64,000 nt of DNA from an uncultured Actinomycetes bacterium (GCA_963704885.1 CAVPIB010000004.1:384001-448000), one strand, 5' to 3'. Numbered from the stretch's first letter, positions 49,124 to 60,197 are shown. Notes: generated from the letters alone by a model not told the origin. Made by a program: numbers and translations.

Positions 49124-50056
49124 GTGGGTCGACGACACCTGCTCCCCAAGACCGTGATGGCGCTGGCCCTGGCGTATTCGCTCTTGGTCGCCTGCGGTCA
49201 CGAAGCTGTGCCGGGACAGACGACCGCGCTCGGGGATGACTCCATAACGGTCGCCTCGTTCGACTTCCCCGAGAGCCGTGTGTTGGCCGAGATCTACGCG
49301 CAGGTGCTGGAGGGACGCGGTTTCCGGGTGGAGCGTGCCCTTGGCATCGGACCGCGCGAGCTGGTCGCGCCCGCGCTTCAGCGGGGGCTGGTCGAGCTGG
49401 TCCCCGAGTACGCGGGAAGCGCTCTCACGTTCCTCGGCGGCTCCGCGACGAGCGACCAGACCGTCACCCACCAACGGTTGGTCGTCGCTCTCGGCTCCCG
49501 CGACCTGACCGCGCTGAGCCCGGCACCCGCCCAGGATCGCAATACCTTCGCGCTGCTGGCATCGACGGCCGAGGAGCTGGGCGTCCACACGCTCAGCGAC
49601 CTCGTTCCCCACGCCGGCGAGATCGCTTTCGGAGGTCCGACCGAATGCGAGCAGCGTGATCTTTGTCTCAAGGGACTCGAGAGGGTCTACGGCCTGCGCT
49701 TCAAGGAGTTCGTCCCCCTGGATGCGGGCGGCCCGCTGACGATCCAGGCGCTCCTGGGAGGCACGATCGGCGTGGGGCTGCTGTTCACGAGCGATCCGGC
49801 GATAGAAGGCGGCGATCTGGTCGAACTGGCGGACGACCTCGGCCTGCAGCCGGCCGAGAACGTCACGCCCGTGGTGTCGCGGCCAACGCTCGAGCGGTTC
49901 GGCTCCTCGTTCGCCGATGCCGTCAACGCGGTGTCGGCGCTGCTACGCACGTCGGATCTTCGCCGGATGAACGCGGCGCTCGCGTCCGGTCGATCTCCGT
50001 TCGCCGTGGCTCGGGCCTGGCTGCTGTCACGGGGTTTCGAGGTCACCTCCGGGTAG
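49124..50056 (+). CDS. OsmF/OpuAC-like ABC substrate-binding lipoprotein (orphan)
   Basis: LVAC lipobox, FPESRVLAEIY, PEYAG, LFTSDP and ENVTPV; TACGGT (-10) 8 nt upstream. Confidence 0.87.
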   Translation: MGRRHLLPKTVMALALAYSLLVACGHEAVPGQTTALGDDSITVASFDFPESRVLAEIYAQVLEGRGFRVERALGIGPRELVAPALQRGLVELVPEYAGSALTFLGGSATSDQTVTHQRLVVALGSRDLTALSPAPAQDRNTFALLASTAEELGVHTLSDLVPHAGEIAFGGPTECEQRDLCLKGLERVYGLRFKEFVPLDAGGPLTIQALLGGTIGVGLLFTSDPAIEGGDLVELADDLGLQPAENVTPVVSRPTLERFGSSFADAVNAVSALLRTSDLRRMNAALASGRSPFAVARAWLLSRGFEVTSG

Positions 50057-50086
50057 AGTCGGGCGGCTCACGGGAGTGGGGACACC

Positions 50087-51751
50087 ATGGACACCACCAG
50101 CTCGACCCAGGATCAACCGCAAGGGGCCCCGCGACGACGACCGAGCGGAGAACCTCCCCCGCTCCCACACCAACTGGGTCGCACGGGCAAGTTCTGGCTG
50201 TTCATGACGCTGTACTTCACGGCGACCGTGATCGGGGTGCTCCTATTCCCCTCCGTCGGCGATTTCTGGGATCGGTGGGATGCCGAGCAACAGCGACGGA
50301 TCGCGACACTGCGCACTGGTTGGCTCACCGATGCGATGCTGGTCGTGAACTGGTTGACGTCCCAATGGACGATCCGGATCCTCCGCTGGTCGACGATCCT
50401 CGTGCTGATCGCTTTCCGGAGGTGGCGACACCTATTCGTCTTCTTGGGGGCGATCATCTTTCTGGAGATCGCGGCCTACCAGATGACTTTGCTCATCGGG
50501 CGCCCCAGGCCGCTAGGCGTGACCATCCTCGCTCCCTGGACCGGCTTCGCGCTCCCATCTCGTCCGGTCGCCGGACTGGGAGTCACCTTGCTCGGGATCG
50601 CCTACGCGCTGATCCTTCCCGGCCGTCATCGCTACCGCGTGAAATGGATGATCGGCGTGATCCTGGCAGTCGTTGCCTTCGCTCGCATGTATCTGGGTGT
50701 GGATCAGCCCACGAGCGCCGCATTCGCAGCCGTCTTGGGGGTGGCGATCGGGCTGACAGCGTTCCGGTGGTTCACGCCGAACGACATCTTCCCGGTTAGC
50801 TACTCGCGCCGGAAGGCGGCGCACCTGGACGTCGGCGGCCGGCGGGGCGAGGCGATCGTGAGCGCGATCAAGGACCAGCTCGGTCTGGACGTCATCGCGG
50901 CCAAGCCGGTCGGTCTGGAAGCATCCGGCGGCTCCACTCCCCTCCGCCTGACGGTTGCGGCCACGGAGGATGATCCGCAGCGCTACGTCTTCGCCAAGCT
51001 CTACGCGCAGAGCCACGTGCGCGCGGACCGTTGGTACAAGCTCGGAAGAACGATCCTGTACGGAGCGCTCGAGGACGAGACTCCCTTCAAGACGGTCCGC
51101 CGCTTCGTGGAGTACGAGGACTACACGCTCCGGCTGATGTACGACGAGGGTCTGCCGGCGCCGAGGCCTTACGGCGTGGTCGAGATCACTCCCGAACGGG
51201 AGTACATGATCGTCATGGAGTTCTTCGAGGACTCCGTCGAGATCGGAGAGGCCGACGTGACTGATCACGTCGTGGACGAAGGGCTGCAGCTCATCCGAAG
51301 GATGTGGGACATCGGCTTGGCCCATCGCGACATCAAACCCGCGAACCTGATGGTCCAACGTGGTGAGTTGCGACTCATCGACGTGTTCTTCGTGCAGGTC
51401 CGGCCCTCTCCCTGGCGACAAGCGGTGGATCTGGCGAACATGATGATGGTGCTCGCCCTGCGGACCGACTCGGCTCGGGTTTACGCCCATGCGCTGGCTT
51501 ACTTCTCGCCCGAGGAGATCTCCGAGGCGTTCGCGGCGACCCGAGGCGTCGCCAGCCCGACCCAGCTCCGGACCTTGATGAAGCTGCAGGGCCGCGATCT
51601 GCTCGCGGAGTTCAGGGCTCTCGCCCCCCACAGAGCGCCGATCCGCATACAGAGGTGGAGCGTCCGCAGGATCGCGCTCACGCTCGGCGTCGGTCTCGCG
51701 GCTCTCTTCTCCCTGGCACTGGTCATGGGGAATTGGGCGGTCTTCACATGA
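50087..51751 (+). CDS. Membrane protein: degenerate PAP2 domain fused to a protein-kinase-like domain
   Basis: N-terminal TMs with GRPRP/LPSRP/ARMYLGVD; C-terminal FAKLY, HRDIKPAN and LIDVF; terminal TM. Confidence 0.8.
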   Translation: MDTTSSTQDQPQGAPRRRPSGEPPPLPHQLGRTGKFWLFMTLYFTATVIGVLLFPSVGDFWDRWDAEQQRRIATLRTGWLTDAMLVVNWLTSQWTIRILRWSTILVLIAFRRWRHLFVFLGAIIFLEIAAYQMTLLIGRPRPLGVTILAPWTGFALPSRPVAGLGVTLLGIAYALILPGRHRYRVKWMIGVILAVVAFARMYLGVDQPTSAAFAAVLGVAIGLTAFRWFTPNDIFPVSYSRRKAAHLDVGGRRGEAIVSAIKDQLGLDVIAAKPVGLEASGGSTPLRLTVAATEDDPQRYVFAKLYAQSHVRADRWYKLGRTILYGALEDETPFKTVRRFVEYEDYTLRLMYDEGLPAPRPYGVVEITPEREYMIVMEFFEDSVEIGEADVTDHVVDEGLQLIRRMWDIGLAHRDIKPANLMVQRGELRLIDVFFVQVRPSPWRQAVDLANMMMVLALRTDSARVYAHALAYFSPEEISEAFAATRGVASPTQLRTLMKLQGRDLLAEFRALAPHRAPIRIQRWSVRRIALTLGVGLAALFSLALVMGNWAVFT

Positions 51752-52326
51752 GCCGGACGGCCGCTGCCCGGCTCCTCGCTATGTCCCTGGCCGCATCGCT
51801 CCTCGCCGGATGCAGCAGCGCTGAGTACTCTTCCACCCTGTTCTGCACGAGCCGGAACAGCGTGTTCATACTGATCGCCCAGAGCGTTCCCTCGGCCACA
51901 CTGCTTCCGTGCATCGCAGAGCTCCCATCGGGTTGGAGCTACGGGGGATCACAGATCGCGAGCGACCTATCTCGCTTCTGGCTCGACTCCGACCGCGCCG
52001 GGATCCATGCGGTCGAGATCTCGCTACGAGCCTCCTGCGACACGACCGATGCCGTCGAGCAACAACCCGCATCGGATGAGCTGGGCACGACCGTCTATGT
52101 ACGGCCGGACACGCTTCGACCGGCCTACAACGGCGAGCGCATGCTCCTGTTCCCGGGAGGCTGCATCCTGTTCTCCTTCCGATTCTCGGAAGGCGCTTCC
52201 CCCGCGCTGACGATAGAGGCGATCGAAGCCGTGTCCCTGGTGCCCCGCGACGCCGTCGTGGAAGCCGTTAGCGAGGCGGCCGGGCTGACCCTCTGCGGCG
52301 CCGGCGCTCCGCCCTGTGCCGGATAG
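51748..52326 (+). CDS. Cys-rich hypothetical lipoprotein
   Basis: LAGC lipobox and six further Cys; ATGA overlap with the kinase fusion gene. Confidence 0.75.
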   Translation: MSRTAAARLLAMSLAASLLAGCSSAEYSSTLFCTSRNSVFILIAQSVPSATLLPCIAELPSGWSYGGSQIASDLSRFWLDSDRAGIHAVEISLRASCDTTDAVEQQPASDELGTTVYVRPDTLRPAYNGERMLLFPGGCILFSFRFSEGASPALTIEAIEAVSLVPRDAVVEAVSEAAGLTLCGAGAPPCAG

Positions 52327-53023
52327 GCTCCCTTGGATGCTGACCAACCATCGACGGGCGTTCTGGTACTCGCTCCTGCTGCTGACGTCCCTCGTGTTCG
52401 TGCTCGTCGCCGTGGGGCGCCACCCCCCCGTGGCGGCTCCGCAGACCACGCTGCCGGCGGTCGGCAACCTCGACCAGTCCATCTACAACTTGATGGACGA
52501 CGTCCGCGTGACCCCCCTCACGTGGTTGTTCCGGTTCCTGAACGTGGTTGGCGGCGGCCTGGTCACGATCCCCGTTCGGGCCGCGGCATCGCTCGTCCTG
52601 CTCTTCCGAAAGCGCTGGCGGCGCGCGGCCGCGTTCATCCTGACGTGGGCCTCAACCGAGCTGATCCTGGTCTTCCTGAAGGACTGGTTCCATCGGGGGC
52701 GGCCACCGGCGGGACTGGTGGACGTGGTGGGGTTCTCGTTCCCTTCGGGGCACGCGACGGCAGGGGCAGCCACCGCCGTGGCGCTGGTGCTGGCGTTCTT
52801 CCCCCAGGGTCCTCGCCGACGCAAGTGGGAGTGGATCGCGGTCGTGTTCGCGTTCGTCATGGCGCTCTCACGTGTGTACCTGCGAGCCCACTGGTTCTCA
52901 GACGTCGTGGCAGGCGTCCTTCTCGGCGCCGGAATAGCCCTGGGATCGGCGGCCCTCGTGACGGAGATCGCGTCTCTCGCTCTCGGACGTCGTACCGATC
53001 AGCCGGAGACCATCGACATCTGA
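52316..53023 (+). CDS. PAP2 family phosphatase (intact motifs)
   Basis: KDWFHRGRP, FPSGH and SRVYLRAHWFSD. Confidence 0.9.
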   Translation: MPDRLPWMLTNHRRAFWYSLLLLTSLVFVLVAVGRHPPVAAPQTTLPAVGNLDQSIYNLMDDVRVTPLTWLFRFLNVVGGGLVTIPVRAAASLVLLFRKRWRRAAAFILTWASTELILVFLKDWFHRGRPPAGLVDVVGFSFPSGHATAGAATAVALVLAFFPQGPRRRKWEWIAVVFAFVMALSRVYLRAHWFSDVVAGVLLGAGIALGSAALVTEIASLALGRRTDQPETIDI

Positions 53024-54081
53024 GCCTCGTCGCCGACCGGCCGGCGCCAGCTCTTGTTGCTCTTCCAGATCAGGTAGGTGAAGCCTCCTAGCGGGATCTG
53101 GATCCCGAACGTCAGGGAGCGGAACATCAAGACGGCAGCGACGATCGCGGGATCGTTCCCCGCTGCGGCGACCAGCCCACCGATGTAACCGAGCTCGATC
53201 ACGCCGAGGCCTCCCGGGGTGATCGGAAGTGCAGAGATCAGTCGTCCGAACGAGAACACCGCGAAGGCTTCGGCGGTCCTGATCTCCGCCTCAGAGACCC
53301 CCATGTGACGGAGACACAATAGAAGTACGAAGAACAGCGCCACCTGACTGAGGATCGTGGTCAGCGTCAAACGGATCCATCGAAGCGCGACCAGTGAGAT
53401 CGTGTCGGCGCGGAAGCGCACCGCGCGATCGCCGCCGTCGGTCATCGGCAGCTTGCGGAACCGGCGCCGGATCCAGGTGATCACCCGTCCGACCCCATCG
53501 CCCACCCGTCGCGCCAGACGCTCGCTTCGGAAGACCGCCGCGAGGAGCGTAACCGCCATCGCCAATACCGCCAGGCCCACGAGAGCAGCCGACACGAACG
53601 CGGCGCTCCGGCTCTCCTGCAGCACCAGGAACACGACCGAGAGCAACGGCAGGGCAAGCTTGATGAAGATGTTCCAGATGCCGGTCACCCCAACGTAGAG
53701 CGCTACGTTCGTCCCGGTGGATCCCCAGGAGCGAAGGATGCTGTAGGTGAGCCCCACGGCGATGGCGCCGCCCCCCGGGAGCGTGTTCGCGACCGACGTC
53801 GTCGTCTGCGTCAAGACGGCCGCGGGCCACAGGCGGAGCCCGGGCAGCGCCGCCATGTTCGCTAACCAATACGTGAACAGGTTGAAGACCGTGGCGGCGA
53901 TCAGCGAGCCGACCTCGAGCGGCGTGAGCGTCCTGATCGCAGCCCAGACGTCCTTGTAGTCCGCGAACCGTGGGATCGCGAACGCGAATATCCCGACGAC
54001 TATCGCCAGCGAGATGCCGAAGGAGACGTAGCGCCAGGCGGACCTCTTCTTGGTCGCGGTCGAGATCCCGGGCTCGCTCAC
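52999..54081 (-). CDS. Lysylphosphatidylglycerol synthase TM / UPF0104 (YbhN-like) flippase-type membrane protein
   Basis: ANTLPGGG, PITPGGLGVIE and AAVLMFR; multi-TM. Confidence 0.85.
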   Translation of the reverse strand: MSEPGISTATKKRSAWRYVSFGISLAIVVGIFAFAIPRFADYKDVWAAIRTLTPLEVGSLIAATVFNLFTYWLANMAALPGLRLWPAAVLTQTTTSVANTLPGGGAIAVGLTYSILRSWGSTGTNVALYVGVTGIWNIFIKLALPLLSVVFLVLQESRSAAFVSAALVGLAVLAMAVTLLAAVFRSERLARRVGDGVGRVITWIRRRFRKLPMTDGGDRAVRFRADTISLVALRWIRLTLTTILSQVALFFVLLLCLRHMGVSEAEIRTAEAFAVFSFGRLISALPITPGGLGVIELGYIGGLVAAAGNDPAIVAAVLMFRSLTFGIQIPLGGFTYLIWKSNKSWRRPVGDEAQMSMVSG

Positions 54082-54111
54082 GCGCGGAGCCTATCCCACC
54101 GACCCCCGTGC

Positions 54112-54963
54112 TCAGACCTGACCGGACAAGATCATCTCCGGGCGGGCCTTGGGCCCGTCGTCCGCATAGATGCCGATCAATCGCCCGTCGGGCGCGAACA
54201 CGGCGTAAGGGCCCCTTATCCCCGCCGGTCCCAGGACCCTCCCGTGCCCCGCGGCAACAGCCTCCTCGTGCCCGAGTTCCAGACGTGGGAGGTGGGCCAC
54301 CGCCCGATCGAGCGGCAGGGGATCACCCGGCTCCTCTGGATCGGCCCCGTCTTCGGCCGAGAACGGCCCGATCACGGTCCGCCGGAGCGCCGTGAGGTGA
54401 GCGCCGCACCCGAGGGCGGATCCTACGTCGGCGAGGAGCACCCGCACGTAGGTCCCGCCGGAACAGGCCACCCGGAAGTCGAGGTCGGGACCCCGCATGG
54501 CCAGCAACTCGAACGTCTCGACCCGGATCTTCCGGGGAGGTGCTTCCAGACGTTCTCCCTTCCGCGCAGCCTCGTAGAGCTTCCTGCCCGCCACCTTGAC
54601 GGCCGAATACGCGGGAGGGCTCTGCATCGAATCACCGACCCGGGATGTCATGGCCACCCGGACATCGTCCGCGGTAGCCGCGACGGGACGCTCCGAGGTG
54701 ATCACGCCGTCCGCGTCGAGCGTGGTCGTCTGGACGCCCAGGCGCGCCGTCCCCTCGTAGGTCTTGAGCAGGTCTCCCAGGAAGCGCAGCAGCCTGGTGG
54801 CGCGACCGACGCCGAGGATGAGCAGACCGCTTGCCATCGGATCGAGCGTTCCAGCGTGCCCCACCTTGCGTGTCCCGAGGGCGCGTCGCACCATGTCGAC
54901 CACGTCGTGAGAGGTCACCCCGATCGGTTTGTCGACCAGGAGCAAGCCTTCTGGATCGCTCAC
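54112..54963 (-). CDS. truB: tRNA pseudouridine(55) synthase
   Basis: DKPIGVTSHD, GHAGTLDP, PPAYSAVK and GTYVR. Confidence 0.96.
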   Translation of the reverse strand: MSDPEGLLLVDKPIGVTSHDVVDMVRRALGTRKVGHAGTLDPMASGLLILGVGRATRLLRFLGDLLKTYEGTARLGVQTTTLDADGVITSERPVAATADDVRVAMTSRVGDSMQSPPAYSAVKVAGRKLYEAARKGERLEAPPRKIRVETFELLAMRGPDLDFRVACSGGTYVRVLLADVGSALGCGAHLTALRRTVIGPFSAEDGADPEEPGDPLPLDRAVAHLPRLELGHEEAVAAGHGRVLGPAGIRGPYAVFAPDGRLIGIYADDGPKARPEMILSGQV

Positions 54964-55937
54964 CGATCGACGGGGTCGTCCTGCAGCGCTTCGACCAGCC
55001 TGGCGATCGTGCCCGCCGGGCCGTGACCCGAGGTGTAGCCTGCCGCCAACCTGTGACCGCCGCCGCCGAAGGCGGCGGCGACTGTCGCCAGATCGTGTTG
55101 GCCTCTTGAACGCACGCTCACCTTGAACCGACCGTCTCGCTGTTGCTTGAGCACCGCGGCCACGTCCACGTCGCGCGCCGTGCGGATCAGGTCGATGAGA
55201 TCGTCGGTCTCCCCGGGATGCACACCTGCGTCCGCCATGTCCGCCTGAGTCAGATAGGTCCACACCAGATCCGCCTCGGGTACGAATGTCGATCGAGAGA
55301 GGGCCGTGCCGGCCAAGCCCAGATACTCGCGCCGGTTGTCCTCGTACAGCGCCTGCACCAGCGCGGAGTGATCGAACGCATGCTCACGCAGGGTGGCGGC
55401 CACGCGGAGCGTCTCCGGAGTCGTGGCCTCGTATTGGAATCGCCCGGTGTCGGTGACCAGCCCCGCGTATAGACAGGCTGCCGTCCCGTCTGGGATCGCA
55501 CCTCCCATCGCAGTGATCAGTCGGAAGACGACTTCACATGTGGATGACGCCTCAGGGTCGATCAATGCGATGGTCCCCAACCCGTCGTTCGAGCGATGGT
55601 GATCTATCCAGATCACCTCGCCAGCGCTCGACGCGTTCTGGCTCAGTCCGCCGAGGCGATCGAGCGATGCGCAGTCACAGGTGACCATCACTTCGGGAGC
55701 TTCCGGGAAGGAGCCCATCGGTACCAGCTCCTCGGCCCCGGGGAGGAAGGCCGTCCATCGGGGCGGATCGAGCGGTTCGTTGGGGTACGAACACACGGTT
55801 CGCGTGCCCCGAGACCGGAGGAACCCCGCCAGGCCCAGCATGGAGCCGAGGGCGTCGGCGTCGGGGTTCAGGTGGCAGACGAGCGCCACCTCGTCGGCAG
55901 CGGCCAGCACCTCCGCGGCGCGGTTCAGTTCATCCAT
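54960..55937 (-). CDS. nrnA: DHH/DHHA1 oligoribonuclease / PAP phosphatase
   Basis: HLNPDAD, IDHH, TDTGRF and GGGGH. Confidence 0.9.
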   Translation of the reverse strand: MDELNRAAEVLAAADEVALVCHLNPDADALGSMLGLAGFLRSRGTRTVCSYPNEPLDPPRWTAFLPGAEELVPMGSFPEAPEVMVTCDCASLDRLGGLSQNASSAGEVIWIDHHRSNDGLGTIALIDPEASSTCEVVFRLITAMGGAIPDGTAACLYAGLVTDTGRFQYEATTPETLRVAATLREHAFDHSALVQALYEDNRREYLGLAGTALSRSTFVPEADLVWTYLTQADMADAGVHPGETDDLIDLIRTARDVDVAAVLKQQRDGRFKVSVRSRGQHDLATVAAAFGGGGHRLAAGYTSGHGPAGTIARLVEALQDDPVDR

Positions 55938-56289
55938 CGCCGTGCTCCTCGGAGTGGAGCTCCTCTATCAACAGATCGATCCGTGCTCCCTGTTCGATCG
56001 TGATGTCCTCCTCGAACTCGAGCTCGGGCAGGTACTTCAGCCGTATCTGCATTCCGAGAACGGCGCGGAGATGCGGGCCCGCGGACCGTAGACCTGCTCG
56101 CGTGCCGGACTTCGCCTGCTCATCGCCATAAGTGGTGTAGAACACCCACGCGCGACGCAGGTCGGGCGTAACCTTCACGCCCGTCACCGTCACGAATCCC
56201 ACGCGAGGATCCTTGAGCTTCAGGATCGCCTCGGCGAGCACTTCGCGGAACTCCTCGCCGACGCGTGCGGCCCGTTGTCCTTGCGGCAT
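55930..56289 (-). CDS. rbfA: Ribosome-binding factor A
   Basis: LKDPRVGFVTVT and PELEFEED. Confidence 0.95.
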   Translation of the reverse strand: MPQGQRAARVGEEFREVLAEAILKLKDPRVGFVTVTGVKVTPDLRRAWVFYTTYGDEQAKSGTRAGLRSAGPHLRAVLGMQIRLKYLPELEFEEDITIEQGARIDLLIEELHSEEHGDG

Positions 56290-56325
56290 GCATCAAGCCT
56301 ACCCGCGGCAGGGACCGACACGGTG

Positions 56326-56619
56326 TCAGTCCTCCGGGTCGTGGAGCGTGAGATCGGTTCCTATCACCTCGACCTCCCCCCAGGCCTCCACGAACCGCTC
56401 CACCCGTTGCATGACCGCGCGAACGTGGTACCCCTCGGCACCGGTCGCGGCCACGGCCAGGGTCGTCCGCTGCCAGAGATCCTGATGATCTACCTCGGCG
56501 ACCGACACGTTGAACTTCGAGCGGACGGCACCGCTGAGCGACTTCACCACGTGCCTCTTCTGCTTCAGCGAGTGAGCGTCTGGGATGCGAAGGTCGAACC
56601 GCATGAGCGCGACCAGCAT
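56326..56619 (-). CDS. DUF503 (YlxP) protein
   Basis: HSLKQKR and FNVSVAEVDHQDLWQR; lies between infB and rbfA. Confidence 0.9.
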   Translation of the reverse strand: MLVALMRFDLRIPDAHSLKQKRHVVKSLSGAVRSKFNVSVAEVDHQDLWQRTTLAVAATGAEGYHVRAVMQRVERFVEAWGEVEVIGTDLTLHDPED

Positions 56620-56623
56620 GGGC

Positions 56624-58771
56624 TCAGATGGAGCGAGCCACCTCGCGGACCTCGAAGGCCTCGATGAGGTCGCCCTCCTTGATGTCCTGGAAGTTCTCGA
56701 TGCTGATGCCGCACTCGTAACCCTGAGCGACCTCGCGAACATCGTCCTTGAAGCGCCGGAGCGAGCCGACCTTGCCTTCGTAAACGACGACACTGTCGCG
56801 AACCAGCCGCACGCGTCCGTCGCGCGGGATGGTGCCCTGCGTGACGTAACAGCCCGCGATCACCCCTAGCTTCGGCACGCGGAACATGGCCCGGACCTCT
56901 GCGGTGCCGAGATCCTTCTCGAGCTTCTCAGGCGCCAGCATGCCGGACAGCGCCAACTTGATGTCGTCGATCGCGTCGTAGATGACGCGGTACAGGCGGA
57001 TATCGACGCCTTCCTTCTCGGACAACTCGCGGGCCTGCTTGTCCGGACGTACGTTGAAGCCGATCACGATGGCATTGGATGCCATGGCGAGCGAGACGTC
57101 GTCGGCGGTGATCCCTCCGGCAGCGCTTCGCACGAGGTTCACGCGAACCTCTTCCTGGGGAAGCTTCAAGAGCGCATCCGAGAGGGCTCCGAGTGACCCC
57201 TGCACGTCGGCCTTCACGACGAGGTTCAGATCCGGGACTTCGGCACGCTCTTGGCGGCGCATCAGGTCCGACAGCGTCGGCGGACGCGAGACGACCAGCT
57301 CGGCCGCACGCGTCTTGGCCTCGCGCTCCGACGCGATGTGTCGAGCCTCCCGCTCGTCGTCCACCTGGCGGAAGTCGTCGCCGGCGCTCGGCACGTGGCT
57401 CCATCCGAGGATCTGCACGGGCTTGGACGGTCCGGCGTACACCAACGAGACACCGTTCTCGTCCATCATGGCGCGGATCTTGCAGAAGGCGGTCCCGCAC
57501 ACCAGGGCATCGCCGACGGACAACGTCCCCTGCTGCACGAGGACCGTGGCCACCGGCCCCCGACCCTTGTCAAGGTGCGCCTCGATAACCGCTCCCCGCG
57601 AGCGACCGCCCGGGTCGGCCTTCAGCTCCTCCAGGTCGGCCACGAGGAGGATCGTCTCGAGCAGCGAGGCAAGATTCGTCTTCGCCTTCGCGGACACATC
57701 CACGAACTCGTACGTGCCACCCCATTCAGCCGGGACGACCCCTCGCTCAACCATCTGCTGCCGGACCTTCGTGGGATCGGCATCTTCCTTGTCCACCTTG
57801 TTGACCGCGACGATGATCGGCACAGCCGCCGCCTTCGCGTGGTCGAGGGCCTCAACGGTCTGGGGCATCACTCCGTCGTCGGCCGCGACCACCAGGATGA
57901 CGATGTCGGTGATCTTGGCGCCGCGCGCGCGCATGGCGGTGAACGCCTCGTGGCCCGGTGTATCGATGAACGTGATCTCTCGCTCGCCCACGTGCACCTG
58001 GTAGGCGCCGATGTGCTGGGTGATGCCACCGAACTCACCCGCCACCACGTCTGTCTCGCGGATCGCGTCCAAGAGCTTGGTCTTGCCGTGATCCACGTGG
58101 CCCATCACCGTCACCACCGGGGGTCTTGCAAGCAGCTTGGACTCGTCTATCTCCTCCTCTGGCTGGTCCTCCAACTCTTCCTCGACGCCGATGATCTCCG
58201 CCTGGAATCCCAGGTCGTCGGCGATCAACCCGATCCCCTCATCGGACAGGGAGGTGGTTGCCGTGCCCATCTCGCCAGCCATGAAGAGCACCTTCACGAT
58301 GTCGGCAGGGGACTTCCCGAGCTTCTCGGCGATCGTTTGCGGCGTAGAACCCCGGACGAACTGCATGATGGGCAACACAGACTGCGCCGGAGCGGGCGTG
58401 GTGCCTTGAGCTGGGGCCGCCTCCGGCCTCGGCGTTAGCGCGGCCGGAGGCACCTTCCCCACCGCTTCGGCGAGGGTGGCATCGGTCGTAGGGGCCGACT
58501 CAGCCGTCTCGACGGCCGGCTCGACTATCGCGACAGCCGGCTTCGGCTTCGGTTTCGGCTTCGGTTTGCGGGGCGCCGGCGGTGGTTCCAGCACCTCGCG
58601 GCGCTTCGCGGTCACCGTGGTGCCCTTGCCGCCGCTCGCCCGGAGTCGAGGGATCAGGTCCTCGGGCACGCTGGAAGACGCCGTCCGCCCGGTCGCCCCC
58701 ATCTGCTCGAGGGCGGCCACGAGCTCTTTGCTCGTGACGCCCAGCTCCTTCGCAAGCTCGTGAACCCTCAC
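56624..58771 (-). CDS. infB: Translation initiation factor IF-2
   Basis: [24 protein letters not shown] and NKVD. Confidence 0.97.
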   Translation of the reverse strand: MRVHELAKELGVTSKELVAALEQMGATGRTASSSVPEDLIPRLRASGGKGTTVTAKRREVLEPPPAPRKPKPKPKPKPAVAIVEPAVETAESAPTTDATLAEAVGKVPPAALTPRPEAAPAQGTTPAPAQSVLPIMQFVRGSTPQTIAEKLGKSPADIVKVLFMAGEMGTATTSLSDEGIGLIADDLGFQAEIIGVEEELEDQPEEEIDESKLLARPPVVTVMGHVDHGKTKLLDAIRETDVVAGEFGGITQHIGAYQVHVGEREITFIDTPGHEAFTAMRARGAKITDIVILVVAADDGVMPQTVEALDHAKAAAVPIIVAVNKVDKEDADPTKVRQQMVERGVVPAEWGGTYEFVDVSAKAKTNLASLLETILLVADLEELKADPGGRSRGAVIEAHLDKGRGPVATVLVQQGTLSVGDALVCGTAFCKIRAMMDENGVSLVYAGPSKPVQILGWSHVPSAGDDFRQVDDEREARHIASEREAKTRAAELVVSRPPTLSDLMRRQERAEVPDLNLVVKADVQGSLGALSDALLKLPQEEVRVNLVRSAAGGITADDVSLAMASNAIVIGFNVRPDKQARELSEKEGVDIRLYRVIYDAIDDIKLALSGMLAPEKLEKDLGTAEVRAMFRVPKLGVIAGCYVTQGTIPRDGRVRLVRDSVVVYEGKVGSLRRFKDDVREVAQGYECGISIENFQDIKEGDLIEAFEVREVARSI

Positions 58772-59049
58772 ACCGCTCCCATCAGTCGACCCAGGTCGGC
58801 CCTTAGCCTAGCGGCTCCCTCGGGGGCCAGGCCCACTCGGAACCCCCGGGCGAGCCCTCCCCGATCAAGGGCCGCATCGATACACGTCTCGTCGAGATGC
58901 ACGTAGGCGCCCCGCCCCGGAGACGTCCCCGAAGGATCGACCTCCATCTCTCCCGCCGGCGATCGCACCACCCGAACCAGGTCGCCCTTGGCCCCGCGTG
59001 CTCGGCAACCAACGCACGTCCGCTCGGGGACCGCGAGGGTCCTCATCAC
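58768..59049 (-). CDS. ylxR: YlxR (DUF448) RNA-binding protein
   Basis: PERTCVGC and GRGAYV; lies between nusA and infB. Confidence 0.9.
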   Translation of the reverse strand: MMRTLAVPERTCVGCRARGAKGDLVRVVRSPAGEMEVDPSGTSPGRGAYVHLDETCIDAALDRGGLARGFRVGLAPEGAARLRADLGRLMGAV

Positions 59050-60197
59050 TCGGGCGAGCTCGGGGCCTCCGCCACCTCGCCCTCCGCCACCTCGGCCTCC
59101 GAGGCCGGCTCATCTGCCGGAACAGAGGGGGCGGGGACGCGCGACTCGTCAACCACCTGGGTCTCGGACTTGATGTCGATCCGCCAGCCGGTCAGGCGCG
59201 CGGCCAAGCGAGCGTTCTGTCCCTCCTTGCCTATCGCGAGCGAGAGTTGGTAGTCGGGCACGATCACCAGGGCGGTACTGGTCGCCTCGTCGATCCTCAC
59301 TTCCTTGACCTTCGCGGGCTGCAGTGCGTTCGCGACCAGCTCACCGGGGTTCGCGCTCCACGGGATCACGTCGATCTTCTCGCCTCGAAGCTCGTTCACC
59401 ACCATGCGGACACGAGAGCCCTTGGGGCCGACGCAGGCCCCCACGGGATCCACGCCCGGCTCGTTCGACGAGACGGCCATCTTCGAACGATGTCCCGGCT
59501 CGCGCGCCACTCCCCTGATCTCCACGATGCCCTCCTCGATCTCGGGCACCTCGAGCGCGAACAGCGCCTTGAGCAGACCCGGATGCGAGCGTGAGACGAC
59601 GATCTGGGGACCCTTGGTGCCCTTGCGGACCTCCGTGATGTAGGCCTTCAGGCGTTCGCCATGCCTGTACGGCTCGGACGGCACCTGTTCTGCTTGTGGG
59701 AGCAGCGCCTCGACCTTGCCTAGATCCAGGAGCGTGTACCGGCGCTCCTGCTGTTGCACGATGCCCGTCACGACGTCGCCTTCGCGACCCGCGAACTCCT
59801 CGTAGGTCATCTCGCGCTCCGCATCGCGCAGCTTCTGGAAGATCACTTGTTTCGCGGTCTGGGCTCCGATGCGGCCCTTGAATTCGTCCGTGACCTCGAC
59901 CTGTTCCTCGGAGATCACCTTCATCTCCAGCGCAGGCTGCTCGCCCTCTGCGACCTCACCCTCGCGCTCGACCTCGACCTCCTCCAGTTGCTGGAGCCAG
60001 ACGCTCAGGTCGCCCGTCTCGGGGTCGATGTGGGCCCGGACACCGACGAAGTCGTCGTCGGCGTCGGGATGCTCCTGCTTCCACCAGGTCTTGTAGGCGG
60101 AGGCCATGGCCTCCTCGAGGCCGGCGAGGATCGTCTCGAACGCGATGCCCTTCTCGCGTTCGAGCTCGCGCAAGGCGGCGATCATCTCGGCATTCAT
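59046..60197 (-). CDS. nusA: Transcription factor NusA
   Basis: AQTAKQVI, S1 domain, GACVGPKG and [14 protein letters not shown]. Confidence 0.97.
   Translation of the reverse strand: MNAEMIAALRELEREKGIAFETILAGLEEAMASAYKTWWKQEHPDADDDFVGVRAHIDPETGDLSVWLQQLEEVEVEREGEVAEGEQPALEMKVISEEQVEVTDEFKGRIGAQTAKQVIFQKLRDAEREMTYEEFAGREGDVVTGIVQQQERRYTLLDLGKVEALLPQAEQVPSEPYRHGERLKAYITEVRKGTKGPQIVVSRSHPGLLKALFALEVPEIEEGIVEIRGVAREPGHRSKMAVSSNEPGVDPVGACVGPKGSRVRMVVNELRGEKIDVIPWSANPGELVANALQPAKVKEVRIDEATSTALVIVPDYQLSLAIGKEGQNARLAARLTGWRIDIKSETQVVDESRVPAPSVPADEPASEAEVAEGEVAEAPSSPE

Noticed and set aside
58538-58568. (TTCGGC/T)n tandem repeat in infB
   Set aside because: Encodes the low-complexity KPKPKP linker of IF-2; not a CRISPR or contingency locus.
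59067-59100. CTCCGCCACCTCG direct repeat at the nusA 3' end
   Set aside because: Encodes the acidic EVAE repeat in the disordered tail.
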